NCBI GenBank assembly: GCA_963729715.1 | Contig: CAVSPA010000003.1 | Location: 256,001-320,000, forward strand | Length of the DNA: 64,000 bases | Source: an uncultured delta proteobacterium | GTDB taxonomy: Bacteria; Desulfobacterota; Syntrophia; Syntrophales; UBA2185 | Reading direction: 5' to 3' | In this document: positions 49,721-60,562 of the stretch, piece by piece | How positions within the stretch are numbered: position 1 is the first letter of the stretch | How the letters are laid out: each line of letters starts with the position of its first letter | The notes under the pieces: model-generated | What the model was told of the DNA's origin: nothing | Databases searched by the model: none | What the model saw: only the letters and a program-made list of their open reading frames with translations | Position numbers and translations under genes: made by a program

Positions 49721-50980
49721 TCAGGAATTGCAGGACGGCAAATGGATTAATGCCTCATGAATGACCTGATCCACAATGTTTTGCAGCCATGCCGTTCCCT
49801 TGATTGATGCATTTCTATCCAAGCCCTGAATGACTTTTATATAATCGCCTTCGGCCTTAATTCGGTTATGAATAATCTTGATGAAGGCATCCCTGTTCTT
49901 GAGATCAACAGATGCCTCTTTTCCGGCTGCGAAAGTCTCCTCAAGCCTCGGCCAATTTTCGCTCAAATCCTTTTTCTGTTTGAGAAGCTCTTCCTGCGTG
50001 CATTTTTTCATGGCATCCCTGCCCAGTTCTATGGAGGTTTCCATTTTGATAGATAGGTCTTTGAAGCGCTTCAATCTTTCCTCAATGGCCATTTCAAGCT
50101 TGTCCATGGCCCCGACATACAGATCTCCGCCCATATGCTCCTGTTGAAAGAATGGTTGCCGGATGTGGGCATACCACTGTCTTAACGCTAAGAGGTTGGC
50201 GATGTAGCAGATGTTATTATAGACACGATGCTTGATACTTCTGTAAAAACCTGCACGAAAAGATTTGTCATGGGTGGAGATGTCTCTTTCCGTTATTAAT
50301 CTGTTTCCTTTAGGATAATCCCTCCTGCAAACCACTCCCGCCGCGGTCACGCTGCCATAACCGATTCTGACAGGACCGACCAGCCCCCCCTGACCACCCA
50401 GGAAAATGGGCGGTTGGTTTAACATGACGCCTCTCGGCACGTCGCCGATGAGTGAAGGTGTGGCTTTATCCTGGTTGGGTGTGTAATTGAAATGTATATA
50501 GGAGCTTCCGACTTCGCTGTGATTTTTCCTGCTCGTTCCGCCTGCCATGAAACAGTCACAAAAGTTGATGAGGCTGCCCAAGGTTACAAACGGGAAGAGT
50601 ATGGTCTGCTTTAATCCGACTGTATGATTCGCAGTGGCCTCTTCTTCTAGGACACATCCTTCACGGACCTGCGCGCCGCCTGCCACGGCCGCCTTTCGCA
50701 GAAAGACGGATGATTTGAAAAATCCCCCTCGCAGCTCGACATCCGGTCCTGTTTGACAATCGACGATCGTTGCCGGCGCCTCATATCCCAGCTTAGTTCC
50801 CTGAGAGATCAGGGTTCTTGACCCATAGATCCTGGTTCCGGGATAGATGGCTACGCCGTTGCCGGAAATCCTCTCAAGGACTATCTCTTCTCCGATATCT
50901 ATAGAAAAGGGGCTCGGTATATTGACCCCCTTCTCCATCAATTTAACTATGTTATCTGACAGGCTAACTTTTGTTTTCAC
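49721..50980 (-). CDS. GlmU-like hexapeptide-repeat protein lacking the N-terminal pyrophosphorylase domain; start estimated at GTG 50980
   Basis: KLMEKGVNIP..IDI as at the start of the GlmU C-domain, LbH repeats, helical C-terminus; longer ORF overlaps the Fis gene. Confidence 0.65.
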   Translation of the reverse strand: MKTKVSLSDNIVKLMEKGVNIPSPFSIDIGEEIVLERISGNGVAIYPGTRIYGSRTLISQGTKLGYEAPATIVDCQTGPDVELRGGFFKSSVFLRKAAVAGGAQVREGCVLEEEATANHTVGLKQTILFPFVTLGSLINFCDCFMAGGTSRKNHSEVGSSYIHFNYTPNQDKATPSLIGDVPRGVMLNQPPIFLGGQGGLVGPVRIGYGSVTAAGVVCRRDYPKGNRLITERDISTHDKSFRAGFYRSIKHRVYNNICYIANLLALRQWYAHIRQPFFQQEHMGGDLYVGAMDKLEMAIEERLKRFKDLSIKMETSIELGRDAMKKCTQEELLKQKKDLSENWPRLEETFAAGKEASVDLKNRDAFIKIIHNRIKAEGDYIKVIQGLDRNASIKGTAWLQNIVDQVIHEALIHLPSCNS

Positions 50981-51278
50981 GACTGATGCCCAGCTTGGCC
51001 ATTTTTTTCTGGAATGTATTTCTGTTGATTCCAAGGTAATTGGCTGCAGCACTCTTGACATTACCATTCCGCTTAAGGGCAATTTTGAAAAGACATCTTT
51101 CAACCATGATCAAGACTTCTTCATGCAATCTGCTTTTCCTCTTTTTTCCGTCACCGACTTGACAGAGGACTGTAGAAACGTCTTCAAGCTTCTTTTCCAT
51201 AGCCTCTTCAATAAGCGCATATGGCTTTGCCGGAACATTTTGATCCACAGCTGCAGATTTTGTTTTCTTACGTTTCAT
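50964..51278 (-). CDS. Fis-family HTH protein
   Basis: GNVKSAAANYLGINRNTFQKK. Confidence 0.85.
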   Translation of the reverse strand: MKRKKTKSAAVDQNVPAKPYALIEEAMEKKLEDVSTVLCQVGDGKKRKSRLHEEVLIMVERCLFKIALKRNGNVKSAAANYLGINRNTFQKKMAKLGISRENKS

Positions 51279-51369
51279 AATAACGACGCGCCCCTTCTCC
51301 CATTCTTTTGTCGTGAAGAAAGTCTGTGACTCTTAACTTAGCTTATGACTTTTTACAAGATAAGAAAAT

Positions 51370-51888
51370 TTACGAGGTAAACAGTTTTATTGTTATGATC
51401 CCTGCAAGAACCGCAGCCGTAAACCAAGTCATAATGATATCCGACATATTCTTTGCGGGATGTTCAATCTGTCTCCTGACTTCTTCTTCCACCTTTTCAT
51501 TGTCCATGTGAGAGGCAAGATCACCTACGAGAGTGGAAAATCTTTCATATGCATTGGATAGAATATAAAATCCCTTCACTGTAGTCAACAGGATATATAC
51601 CCTATTTCTCAGGATCAGGGCGCCTATATGAGTGATATCCTCCCAATGGAGTTCTTCTCTCCGCATGAATTTCCTGATCATGATGCCCTGGTCACCCGTT
51701 TTGACCATGCGGAATGCGGATTCGATAAGAACATAAAGAACGGGTATAAAGATCGCAGTAAGTAATATTCTTTCTAATTTCGACCCGCCCAGGAAGTACG
51801 ACAACAGGAGAAGAAAGAAGAGGAGAATAAAATCAGCGAAAAAGGGAATGAGAAACGATCTTCTTATTCTATAGACGTTTTGATACAT
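51370..51888 (-). CDS. Membrane protein with a bacterial PH-like domain
   Basis: Two N-terminal TMs, ELHWEDITHI motif, C-terminal TM. Confidence 0.65.
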   Translation of the reverse strand: MYQNVYRIRRSFLIPFFADFILLFFLLLLSYFLGGSKLERILLTAIFIPVLYVLIESAFRMVKTGDQGIMIRKFMRREELHWEDITHIGALILRNRVYILLTTVKGFYILSNAYERFSTLVGDLASHMDNEKVEEEVRRQIEHPAKNMSDIIMTWFTAAVLAGIITIKLFTS

Positions 51889-51923
51889 AGCTTCTTATGG
51901 GCAGACAGACGGGGATCTTTCAT

Positions 51924-52403
51924 CTATGCATCTCTAATGAAGAGACCACTCTTGCCGCCTTGTTTTGTGATTAATTTGACGTCCGAAAGAACCATGTTCT
52001 TGTCGGCGGATTTGCACATATCGTAAATTGTGAGAGCCGCAACGCTGACGGCGGTCATGGCTTCCATCTCCACCCCGGTTCTTCCCACAGTCTGCACTGT
52101 CGCTTCAATGGTAATTTCACCGAGATCAGCATCTTTCGTAAACATTATGTCAATCCCTGTCAATTCCAGGGGGTGGCACATGGGGATCAATTCGCTTGTT
52201 TTCTTCGCCGCCATGATCCCCGCAATCTTGGCAACAACGAAGACATCCCCTTTGGGTATTTTTCCCCTTTCGATGAGATTCAACGTCTCTTTCTTCATCA
52301 GGACCTTGCCCCGGGCAACGGCCTTTCGTACGGACCGTTCCTTTCCCGTCACATCAACCATCTTGGCCTTGCCTTTATCATCGAGGTGGGAGAACTTAGT
52401 CAT
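51924..52403 (-). CDS. moaC: Cyclic pyranopterin monophosphate synthase
   Basis: MVDVTGK, AGIMAAKKTSELIPMCHPL, TGVEMEA, TIYDMCK. Confidence 0.96.
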   Translation of the reverse strand: MTKFSHLDDKGKAKMVDVTGKERSVRKAVARGKVLMKKETLNLIERGKIPKGDVFVVAKIAGIMAAKKTSELIPMCHPLELTGIDIMFTKDADLGEITIEATVQTVGRTGVEMEAMTAVSVAALTIYDMCKSADKNMVLSDVKLITKQGGKSGLFIRDA

Positions 52404-52570
52404 TATGATTTTCTGAACCTCTCAGCCGGAAGTTGCGCCGAAATTAGCATAGCGCCTTTCCCCAGTCAAGAGAGTTAAAAAAATACTTTTCCGAAAGAAA
52501 TATCTTGCTATTAAACGACTAATTTTATAATATTTTCGCCAACTTTTGCGAAAATATCGGGGGGCACGAA

Positions 52571-53242
52571 TTGATTGTAAAAGTAATCAGCAGCACCGTT
52601 GTCGGTGTGGATTCGTATCCAATCGATGTGGAGGCAGACATATCGCTGGGACTTCCTCAATTTTTGACGGTGGGGCTTCCTGACATTGCAGCCAAGGAAA
52701 GCAAAGACAGAATCAAGGCAGCCATAAAAAATTCCGGCTATAAATTTCCCAAGAACCACGTTACCGTAAATCTCGCACCTACCGACATTAAGAAAGAAGG
52801 AACCGGTTTCGATCTTCCCATTGCAGTAGGTATCCTGACAGGCGAAGGTTGTATTGAACTTACGGACGCCCTCGATTACATCCTCATCGGTGAACTGTCC
52901 TTGGACGGGGGCATCAAGGGCGTCGATGGAGTCCTTTCCGCGGCCCTTCTGGCAAAGGAAATGGGAAAGAGGGACATAATCGTGTCAAGGGAAAACGCCA
53001 ACGAAGCCGCCATGGTGGAAGCTGTCGAAGTGATTCCTGTAGACGTCCTTTCCGACGTTGTTGAATTTCTTAACAGCAGGAAGAAAATAACACCACTTAC
53101 GCTTGACATAGCTGATCTATTCAATAAGAGCTGCAATTATCCTTTCGATTTCAGCGAAATCCGCGGTCAGGAGCATGCAAAAAGGGTGTTGGAAGTTGCC
53201 GCAGTCGGAGGTCATAATATAATATCATTATATCCTATTTAA
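52571..53242 (+). pseudogene. comM: ComM/YifB Mg-chelatase-like ATPase, truncated before Walker A
   Basis: VGLPD..KESKDRIKAAI, VNLAP.DIKKEG..FDLPIA, IGELSLDG, DFSEIRGQ..AKR.LEVAAVGGHNI then an unrelated tail and a stop. Confidence 0.85.
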
Positions 53243-53647
53243 CCATTTGATATTACTTCTTTGTACCATTTTCTCCCAGTCTCACTCAATAAACAACTAC
53301 CCAGATCATCCAATCTATTTAGAGAGTCCTGCCGACAACATGGATTGAACCTGTTCCTAGTAAGACTTACAATGGCTGTGTCTGCCCGATGTGTGTCATC
53401 ATAATTGAATCAGGCGGCAGCAAATTTTCAAAAAAGAAGGAGGAAGATATCCTTGACAACCTACTTATCATCAAGATTTTGTTTCAGTAATAATATCGAT
53501 TACTGTTTGAAACATGCATAGAACGTTTTGTTTTTCATCCCTGCAGCTCATCGTGAAGGCGTGATCTAATCAATCATTGTAGGACCATCGTTCCCGATCT
53601 TTTTTATTGCTTCTTTTTCGAGAATATCGAGTGACGAAGCTTTGATC

Positions 53648-55576
53648 TCAGAAAAAGATGTTCCAAGATAGGCTTGCTTCGGTGTTGCTCACGCTGTAGG
53701 CCCTTTGCCAGGTAATACCAACCCTGAGACTCCTGTTTGTCATGTAAGCGAAGTCTGTCTTCAGCGAAAGTTCGAGTGCATTGTGACTGTCCCCGAGAAC
53801 GTAGTCGATATCACGGGCATATAGATGGAACTTCCACTGGTCCCCCATGGATCGTATCATCCCTATAGACCCTCCCGTGCCGATGGCATAGAACTCATCC
53901 GAACGCCCGCCCAGGTCGGCCTCCACCTCGCCCATTATGTACAAGAGACCGAAAAGTTCATTTTTCCAGCTAAAACCACCTCCCGTGGTCAAGTCGTAGA
54001 TGAGCTGGTCTGCGCCGTCCGAGCCCAACCGCTGGCTGAATCCTGTCCGAACCTTCCAAGAAACAGGCGTGAAAAAGTCATCTCGGGGCGAGAGCGAGAT
54101 TATGTCCACGAGATCGAAATTCTGAAGCTTCAATCTTGCACTCTCGAAATAGTATCTTAACCCCAAGCTGGTGAAAACGATCTGGCTCCCTTCGACATAT
54201 CCCCGGTCGTTGTCAAGAAGGTCGTGGTAAGCCGGTCGATAAAGAACCTCCATGAAGCTATCGTCTTCCCTGATCCCCATACCGACTGAGAACTTATTCG
54301 AGAGATGGCCCTCGTCAGGCCTCTTTGGGATAGGAATCACGTAGTCTTCTTCTCCCGCTCCGCCAAATTGGCTGCGCACTTCGAGGATTTTCAGGAAATG
54401 TTCCGAAAATGCCTCGTTGGTGAGGTTCTTAGTCGCATACCGGTACTGTAGATACTCGCTTGCGAGATCTGTAGTCACGATCTTTCTTTCAGGAACAGCG
54501 TCAAGGGAAATAATCCGCTCCGGCGCCCATTCTCCCAATGCGATACTGCGGGCCATCTTTCGGTTCTCTTCAGGAAGGAGCGAGGAAAGGTGCCGGATCT
54601 TCGTTGCCAGTGACGGGCGGTATGTCACGCCGACTACAAGCCCGTTTCGTTGCACAACCCGAATACTATCTAATGGGATCACCCAAGGGCTGCACTGGTC
54701 CGTGAGCAACAGGTCCGGTCGGGCGGCATCGATGAGAAAGAAGAGAACATAGGAGCAGTTCTCATCGAAAAAGTAATAGTCGGCGTAGATCTGATCCATT
54801 TCGTAGGCATGCATCAAAAGGCGAAGGATCTCTTCACGGTTGAGATTGAGACGGTATTCCCAGATGTCTCGCTGCTCAATGTCGTTATACTCCTTAAGCT
54901 TTGTGTAATAGGGCATTATGGAAAAGTAACCGGGATAGAACCCGAAGATGCCTTTGACGGCATAGAGGGGACCGAAAGTCTCGTTCGTGACGGCGGTGTA
55001 ATTGACAGCATAGGCCAAAAGGCGGGTATGGTGGGCCGTATCGACCGTTAGAAGGGTGTGACCGAACATCGATGCAGGGCTGTTTATATGCGCTGAAGGA
55101 AAGATGAGGCTTACCGCTTCGGGCTGCATCTCCTTTATAATTGTATTGAAGCGCCCGCATTCGGACAAGGGGAGTTTCGCCGGGTCGATATTCAGTTTTT
55201 CTTTAAGCCAGGAAAAGCGGGCGACAAACCGGCAGATGGGATGTTTCGCTTCGTCCTCGAGAGGCTGGAAAAAGGCACGGATTGTCGCATCGAGTTCGGC
55301 ATCCGGGTTGCTCTTTCCCAGGGGGGAAAGGAAGAATTTTGGGTCATCAACAAGGCTTCTAAACCCGCTGACTCCCTGCCTGTAATGCAGGAGAATAAAC
55401 CAGTAGGGATCTTTTGCAAGACCCGAGTCGCGGGCCTGATTGACGAGTTGTTTGATGTAGATTGACTCATCCGCCCAGGCAGCCGGCGAAGCGGGCATAA
55501 TGACCCAGAACAAAACAAAATGAAAGAGGATGCAACCGTTCTTTCGTAAAAGCCGCATCCCCTTCAGGTTCATCAT
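53648..55576 (-). CDS. DUF4105 / Lnb-like protein (N-terminal papain-like domain plus C-terminal beta-barrel)
   Basis: CRFVARF.WL, SMFGHTLL, RDIWEY.LN, YYFFDENCSY, RPAYHDLLD. Confidence 0.8.
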   Translation of the reverse strand: MMNLKGMRLLRKNGCILFHFVLFWVIMPASPAAWADESIYIKQLVNQARDSGLAKDPYWFILLHYRQGVSGFRSLVDDPKFFLSPLGKSNPDAELDATIRAFFQPLEDEAKHPICRFVARFSWLKEKLNIDPAKLPLSECGRFNTIIKEMQPEAVSLIFPSAHINSPASMFGHTLLTVDTAHHTRLLAYAVNYTAVTNETFGPLYAVKGIFGFYPGYFSIMPYYTKLKEYNDIEQRDIWEYRLNLNREEILRLLMHAYEMDQIYADYYFFDENCSYVLFFLIDAARPDLLLTDQCSPWVIPLDSIRVVQRNGLVVGVTYRPSLATKIRHLSSLLPEENRKMARSIALGEWAPERIISLDAVPERKIVTTDLASEYLQYRYATKNLTNEAFSEHFLKILEVRSQFGGAGEEDYVIPIPKRPDEGHLSNKFSVGMGIREDDSFMEVLYRPAYHDLLDNDRGYVEGSQIVFTSLGLRYYFESARLKLQNFDLVDIISLSPRDDFFTPVSWKVRTGFSQRLGSDGADQLIYDLTTGGGFSWKNELFGLLYIMGEVEADLGGRSDEFYAIGTGGSIGMIRSMGDQWKFHLYARDIDYVLGDSHNALELSLKTDFAYMTNRSLRVGITWQRAYSVSNTEASLSWNIFF

Positions 55577-55587
55577 GAAGCGACCCG

Positions 55588-56058
55588 TTACATGTAGGCT
55601 ACAAGGGCTTCGATGTTGTTTAGCACGTCGATGTGCGTAACATTTTTAGAGGTGTAGATTTTGGAAAAGTTCGACTGGAGCGTTTCGCAGAAAGGAGTGC
55701 GTTGCCCTTCGGAGACCCCAATCAGCACCGCCAGGGTATTCACGTATTCGCCATTTCCACGGGCAATGTCTCTGGCCAGGTTGTCCATGTTCGCCGCCAC
55801 GAAGTCGAGCAACTTCTGGTTGGAGGTATAGTTCTTGGGACGCTCGCAGTTGGAGGTCCCGGACGTAATACCAAAGGTCTGGTTGCCGAAGGTACCGTTA
55901 GTCGTAACAGCAAAAGTCTGGGAAGACAAGCCGTCCTGATTTTCGAAGAGAATGGAGCCTAGGCCACACCCCGTGTTCTTCTCGTTTAGGGCAAACGCCG
56001 TTCCGGAAAGGACTATGACGAAAGTAATTACCATGACTAAGACGACACTTTTTCTCAT
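55588..56058 (-). CDS. DUF3015-family secreted protein
   Basis: GCGLG, TTNGTFGNQTFGITSGTSNC, LARDIARGNGEY. Confidence 0.85.
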   Translation of the reverse strand: MRKSVVLVMVITFVIVLSGTAFALNEKNTGCGLGSILFENQDGLSSQTFAVTTNGTFGNQTFGITSGTSNCERPKNYTSNQKLLDFVAANMDNLARDIARGNGEYVNTLAVLIGVSEGQRTPFCETLQSNFSKIYTSKNVTHIDVLNNIEALVAYM

Positions 56059-56497
56059 TAGACCCTCCTCCTTTTTAAGTTGATGTACATAGAGCTATCA
56101 CAGGATTCAAATCTTGTCCAACCAAAATATCCGGTTCACCTGAGGACGCTGTATAAGCTACTTTTTCTGTGATAGTCGATACAGACCTCCTTCTTATCTT
56201 GACTGGAAGTTCTTCAAGTGAAGGTTGGATGATACTGACTCTGCCTATTACTATTCTCCATCGTAACGATATGAAATATTTTTACCGACAGCAATTAAAA
56301 AAGACACCATTACAGTAGTCAACGATCTGAAAATTCATGTTTCAAAACCTTTGTTGGCCGTCTGCTCGTCATTGGCTCTGCTTTTTTACGTGTCAACGAT
56401 AACCGATTGTAATCTTCTACTCGATAAGCAATTGGCATTTTGACCAAGGAAGGCAGCCGCAGGCTGCATGTGATGGGAATAAGCTGCCAAGGAATAG

Positions 56498-56612
56498 CAT
56501 GTTTACACTCGGTAATGCGCAAGCGTGATCAATGAAAAAATGAAACAAGCCGGTTGTTGGTGCCACCTACCTATACGTAAAAATGTAAATCTTAAAAATT
56601 AATGAATACTGT
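56498..56612 (+). repeat. Direct repeat, copy 1 (downstream of the kinase gene)
   Basis: Exact core CCACCTACCTATACGTAA (56563-56580) plus flanking GCATGTTT, CGGTA, GATCAATG, CCGG, TAATGA shared with copy 2. Confidence 0.75.
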
Positions 56613-56639
56613 TTGTACTGTTTAATATGCCGCCATCCA

Positions 56640-59600
56640 TTATCTATTCAACTCTTTCTTTACGGCAAGCCCCAGTTTCTCGATGACATAGGGCTTTCTT
56701 ATATAGGCGCCCGCACCGAGTGACTGTGCAACATGCACCCTCTCCGTTTCCGAAAAACCGCTCACAATAATTGCCTTCTGGTCCTTGCGTATTTCAAGAA
56801 TCCTCTGGTACGTTTCTAATCCGTCGATACCGGGATCCATGATCATGTCCAGGATGAGCAAATCAACCGGCTGTTTTTTCACAAACTCTACTGCCTCTTT
56901 ACCGCCTGCGACAGAGTCTACCTTGTATCCGAGGCTCTCCAGCATTGCTGATGCTAAAAGGCGTTGGCCTTCCACGTCATCTACAACCAGAATGTGCTCG
57001 CCCCTGCCCATGTATTCGCTCTGGGGAAGGGTCCGTTCAATCTTGGTCAAGGCTTCTCTGGTCACGGGGAAATATAGAGTAAAGATACTCCCTTCACCCT
57101 CTGTGCTTTGTACATCAATGTACCCATCGTGATCTTTCACGGTGCCCCACACAACTGCCAGTCCGAGCCCCGTGCCGCTCCTGCCCATCACCTTCTTCGT
57201 ATAGAAAGGCTCGAAGATCCTTCCGAGATCCGCTGGTGATATTCCCGATCCCGTATCCGATACGGTAAGCACAGCATATTCTCCTTCCTGTGTGGTGTCA
57301 TACCCGTGAATCGGCCTGTCCACGTAACGGTTCTCAGTCCTGATCAGCACCTCTCCCGACCCGGATATCGCCTCCGCAGCGTTTGAAAGCAAATTCATGA
57401 CCGTCTTATTTAGATGTGTAGATGAACCTTTCATATTCAAGAGCTCGGCGTCCAGGGATGTTTTAAATTGGACGCCAGGATGATGTGACTTAATTGCCTC
57501 AAACTCTGGCATCTGCAAAAAATCCGAAATAACCCTGTTCAGATTCACTGCCTCTGAGACCAGCACGCCTCTCCGGGTAAGTGTAAGCAAATCCTGGATG
57601 ATTGCCGCTGCACGCTGTCCTCCTTTGAAAATCTGCATTGCGTGTCTTTGAAAGGGGCTGTCCTGGGGGACGTTTTGCATAAGAAGCTCAGAATACCCCA
57701 CTAGGACTCCAAGAACGTTATTGAGGTCATGGGCCACTCCGCCTGCCAAAGTCCCTAATGCCTGCATCTTCTCGGCTCGCTGCAGACGCTCCTCCAATAG
57801 TCGCCGTTCGCCCTCCGCCCGTTTCCGCTCGGTGATATCAACGTTTACGCTCATGACACCGTACACAAAGCCTTGAGAATCACGCAGGGGCGCTGTCGAG
57901 ACGCTGATATCTATGGGAGCACCATCCTTCTTCCGGCGGCGGGCCTCAACATCGGTGAAGCCTTCGCCCAGCAGCACACGCTCGCGAAGTTTGAGATGCT
58001 CGTCTCGTTTATCTTCAGAAATATAGGGGAGAAACTGCCCCAAGACTTCGCTTTCAAGCCAGCCAAACATCTTTTCTGCAGCGGGATTCCATCTCGTAAC
58101 GTTCCCTTCAGGATCAAACGATATGATAGCAAGCGGTGAGGATTGGATTATTGCGCCAAGGGTTTCATTCGTCTCATTCAGAGCTTCTTCAGCACGCTTG
58201 CGGTCCGTGATGTCGCGTATGGATTCTATGGCCCCAACGATATTCCCCGCAGCATTGCGCAATCTCGAAGCCGCGCCAGATAAATAAGCGCCTTTCCCTC
58301 CGTATGTTTTTGGAACATAAGTTTCCCCGTAAATTGTATCCGTACTCCTTTGAGCAATATCATACTTTCCCTTCTCAAATTCAGCATCCGGTGAAAGGGC
58401 AAGATCGATGAAAATCGGCCTTCGTTCACCATAAAAGGGGAGCGCATATTCATATTCTCCCTTGCCAATCATCTCCGCCTTGGGAACCCCGGTCATCTGT
58501 TCTATGGCTCTGTTCCAGGCGATGACTTTACTATCCGCGTCAATCACGAACGTGGCATCCGGTAAGAACTCGATGATTTCATCCAGGCGCCTGTGCGCTT
58601 CACGAAGTTTCTCCTCTGCTCGCTTGCGTTCAGTGATATCATCAACCATTCCTTCATAGTAAAGTATCCTTCCTTCATTATCACGTACCGTGCGGGCGTT
58701 GTTGGATACCCAGATGATGTTCCCATTTTTCTTGCGAATCTGATACTCATACTTCTCAATGCGGTCATGTTTCTGAAGCGTTTCCTTAAAAAACTCTCTA
58801 TCATACGGATTCTCATATACCTGTGTGGAAATGTCAGTGACGATTTGGACCATGTCCTCAGCAGATTCATAGCCATAGATACTGGCCATGGCAGGATTCA
58901 CATGGAGGAACTTTCCATCCGGCGTGCTCTGATAAATGCCTTCCGAGGCGTTTTCGAAGATGCTACGGTAGCTCTCTTCCGCTTTTTTGAGTTCCTGTTC
59001 GGCCAGCTTGCGCTCGGTGATATCGCGGGCAATGCACCGAAAACCAATTGCTTCTCCTTCCGAATTTTTCATGAGATTCAAGGATAATTCCATGTTGCGG
59101 GTTTGTTTGTCTTTCCTGATCAACTCAAAGTCATAGAGACTCCCCTTTTCTCCTGTCTTGTAAATATTGTTATAGACAGCGCGCAGTATTGTCACTGTTT
59201 CCGGCGAGGCATATTGCCTGTAATTCATATTCACTAATTCGCTTTGGGAATAACCAGAAATACTACAGGTGGAATCATTGCAGAACTTCATATTTCCCTT
59301 CAAATCGATCTCAAAATAGCCCTCAGCCATATTCTCCAGAATGTTGCGGTACTTCTCTTCGCTTTCACGCATCGATTGCTCACTCTTTACGAGGCTGTTA
59401 TATTGCGCTCGCATTTGCTCATCTGCCGCTCTGAGCTGTTGGTAGGCCTTACGCAACTCGTTATCTGCCCTCTTGCGCTCAGTGATGTCATGCACGATGC
59501 CCGTCGAAAGGATTCGATCGTTCGGTTCATGGAAGTAGCGACTATTGAGAATACCACAGAACTCACTGCCGTTCTTGCGCTTTATCTGTAATTCGATGCT

Positions 59601-60320
59601 ATCCGGGACCGGCTCACCCGCAAGGACTTTGGAATGCCTTTGTATAAGGGATCTCTGACTTTCCTCGGTGAGGAATTGCACGGAGTCCATCGATAGAAAT
59701 TCTTTTCTGGTATAGCCGGTGTACTGACACATGGCATCGTTTACGCTCAAGAACCTTCGCGCTGTTAAATCGATCTCGTAGATACCGGTAGGCGCATGCT
59801 TGACAAGATACCTGTATTTCTCCTCGCTCTCGAGCAGCGCTTTCTCTGCCCGCTTGCGTTCGGTGATATCCTGGTATGTTACCTGAAACTGTCTTTCACC
59901 GTCCCACAATATTTCCTTGCGGTAGACCTGGAGATTGCGGACTTCACCATCTTTTCTGATAATGCTTATCTCGTATTCGGACGGGACATAATCGCCTCGT
60001 TTTCTTTTTTCCCTTCTTATCTTGTACTCGGCATAGCTCTCAGGGGTATAGCGCTTCTTTAGGGGGATTGTGTTCAAATCCTCATAGCTGTAGATATCCA
60101 AAATCGCCCGATTGGCATAAATGGTCTCACCGTCTATGGTCACGATACGTATCCCCAGCGGGGAATCATCCAGAGAACGGCGGAAGTTCTCTTCAGCTCG
60201 GCGTAGCGCTTCCTCATTCCGTTTTCGCTCTGATTCTGATTGTTCCAGTTCTTTGATTCTCCGCTTTAGAGAAGCCAGTTCCTGGATCAGTACCTGCTTT
60301 GTCTTGAATTGATCTTTCAT
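56640..60320 (-). CDS. Multi-PAS hybrid sensor histidine kinase / response regulator
   Basis: About six PAS/PAC repeats ending DITERK; HisKA GGVAHDLNN; HATPase DTGSG/FEPFYT/GTGLGL; REC LLILDMIM. Confidence 0.93.
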   Translation of the reverse strand: MKDQFKTKQVLIQELASLKRRIKELEQSESERKRNEEALRRAEENFRRSLDDSPLGIRIVTIDGETIYANRAILDIYSYEDLNTIPLKKRYTPESYAEYKIRREKRKRGDYVPSEYEISIIRKDGEVRNLQVYRKEILWDGERQFQVTYQDITERKRAEKALLESEEKYRYLVKHAPTGIYEIDLTARRFLSVNDAMCQYTGYTRKEFLSMDSVQFLTEESQRSLIQRHSKVLAGEPVPDSIELQIKRKNGSEFCGILNSRYFHEPNDRILSTGIVHDITERKRADNELRKAYQQLRAADEQMRAQYNSLVKSEQSMRESEEKYRNILENMAEGYFEIDLKGNMKFCNDSTCSISGYSQSELVNMNYRQYASPETVTILRAVYNNIYKTGEKGSLYDFELIRKDKQTRNMELSLNLMKNSEGEAIGFRCIARDITERKLAEQELKKAEESYRSIFENASEGIYQSTPDGKFLHVNPAMASIYGYESAEDMVQIVTDISTQVYENPYDREFFKETLQKHDRIEKYEYQIRKKNGNIIWVSNNARTVRDNEGRILYYEGMVDDITERKRAEEKLREAHRRLDEIIEFLPDATFVIDADSKVIAWNRAIEQMTGVPKAEMIGKGEYEYALPFYGERRPIFIDLALSPDAEFEKGKYDIAQRSTDTIYGETYVPKTYGGKGAYLSGAASRLRNAAGNIVGAIESIRDITDRKRAEEALNETNETLGAIIQSSPLAIISFDPEGNVTRWNPAAEKMFGWLESEVLGQFLPYISEDKRDEHLKLRERVLLGEGFTDVEARRRKKDGAPIDISVSTAPLRDSQGFVYGVMSVNVDITERKRAEGERRLLEERLQRAEKMQALGTLAGGVAHDLNNVLGVLVGYSELLMQNVPQDSPFQRHAMQIFKGGQRAAAIIQDLLTLTRRGVLVSEAVNLNRVISDFLQMPEFEAIKSHHPGVQFKTSLDAELLNMKGSSTHLNKTVMNLLSNAAEAISGSGEVLIRTENRYVDRPIHGYDTTQEGEYAVLTVSDTGSGISPADLGRIFEPFYTKKVMGRSGTGLGLAVVWGTVKDHDGYIDVQSTEGEGSIFTLYFPVTREALTKIERTLPQSEYMGRGEHILVVDDVEGQRLLASAMLESLGYKVDSVAGGKEAVEFVKKQPVDLLILDMIMDPGIDGLETYQRILEIRKDQKAIIVSGFSETERVHVAQSLGAGAYIRKPYVIEKLGLAVKKELNR

Positions 60321-60562
60321 CGGGTTGCCCCCGTATTAGAAAATCGGCGTAGGTTGGGAAAGAAAGGTGAAGTATTCTTTTGCGAGACAATTAAATTGCT
60401 CGAAAGCTACCGGATACTTGTTGAGATGTCAAATGGAATATAGTCCATCAGATGCTGTTTACCACTTGATATCAGCAATATTTTTTGACTCTACCAGGTT
60501 ATTGATAGATAAAGGAAGGTCTCTATTTTTGTCGTCAGTAAAGAAATGGAAATTTTAGGTCT

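Noticed and set aside
50981..51103. N-terminal extension of the GlmU-like ORF
   Set aside because: It overlaps the Fis gene in another frame; the true start is probably near 50980 or later
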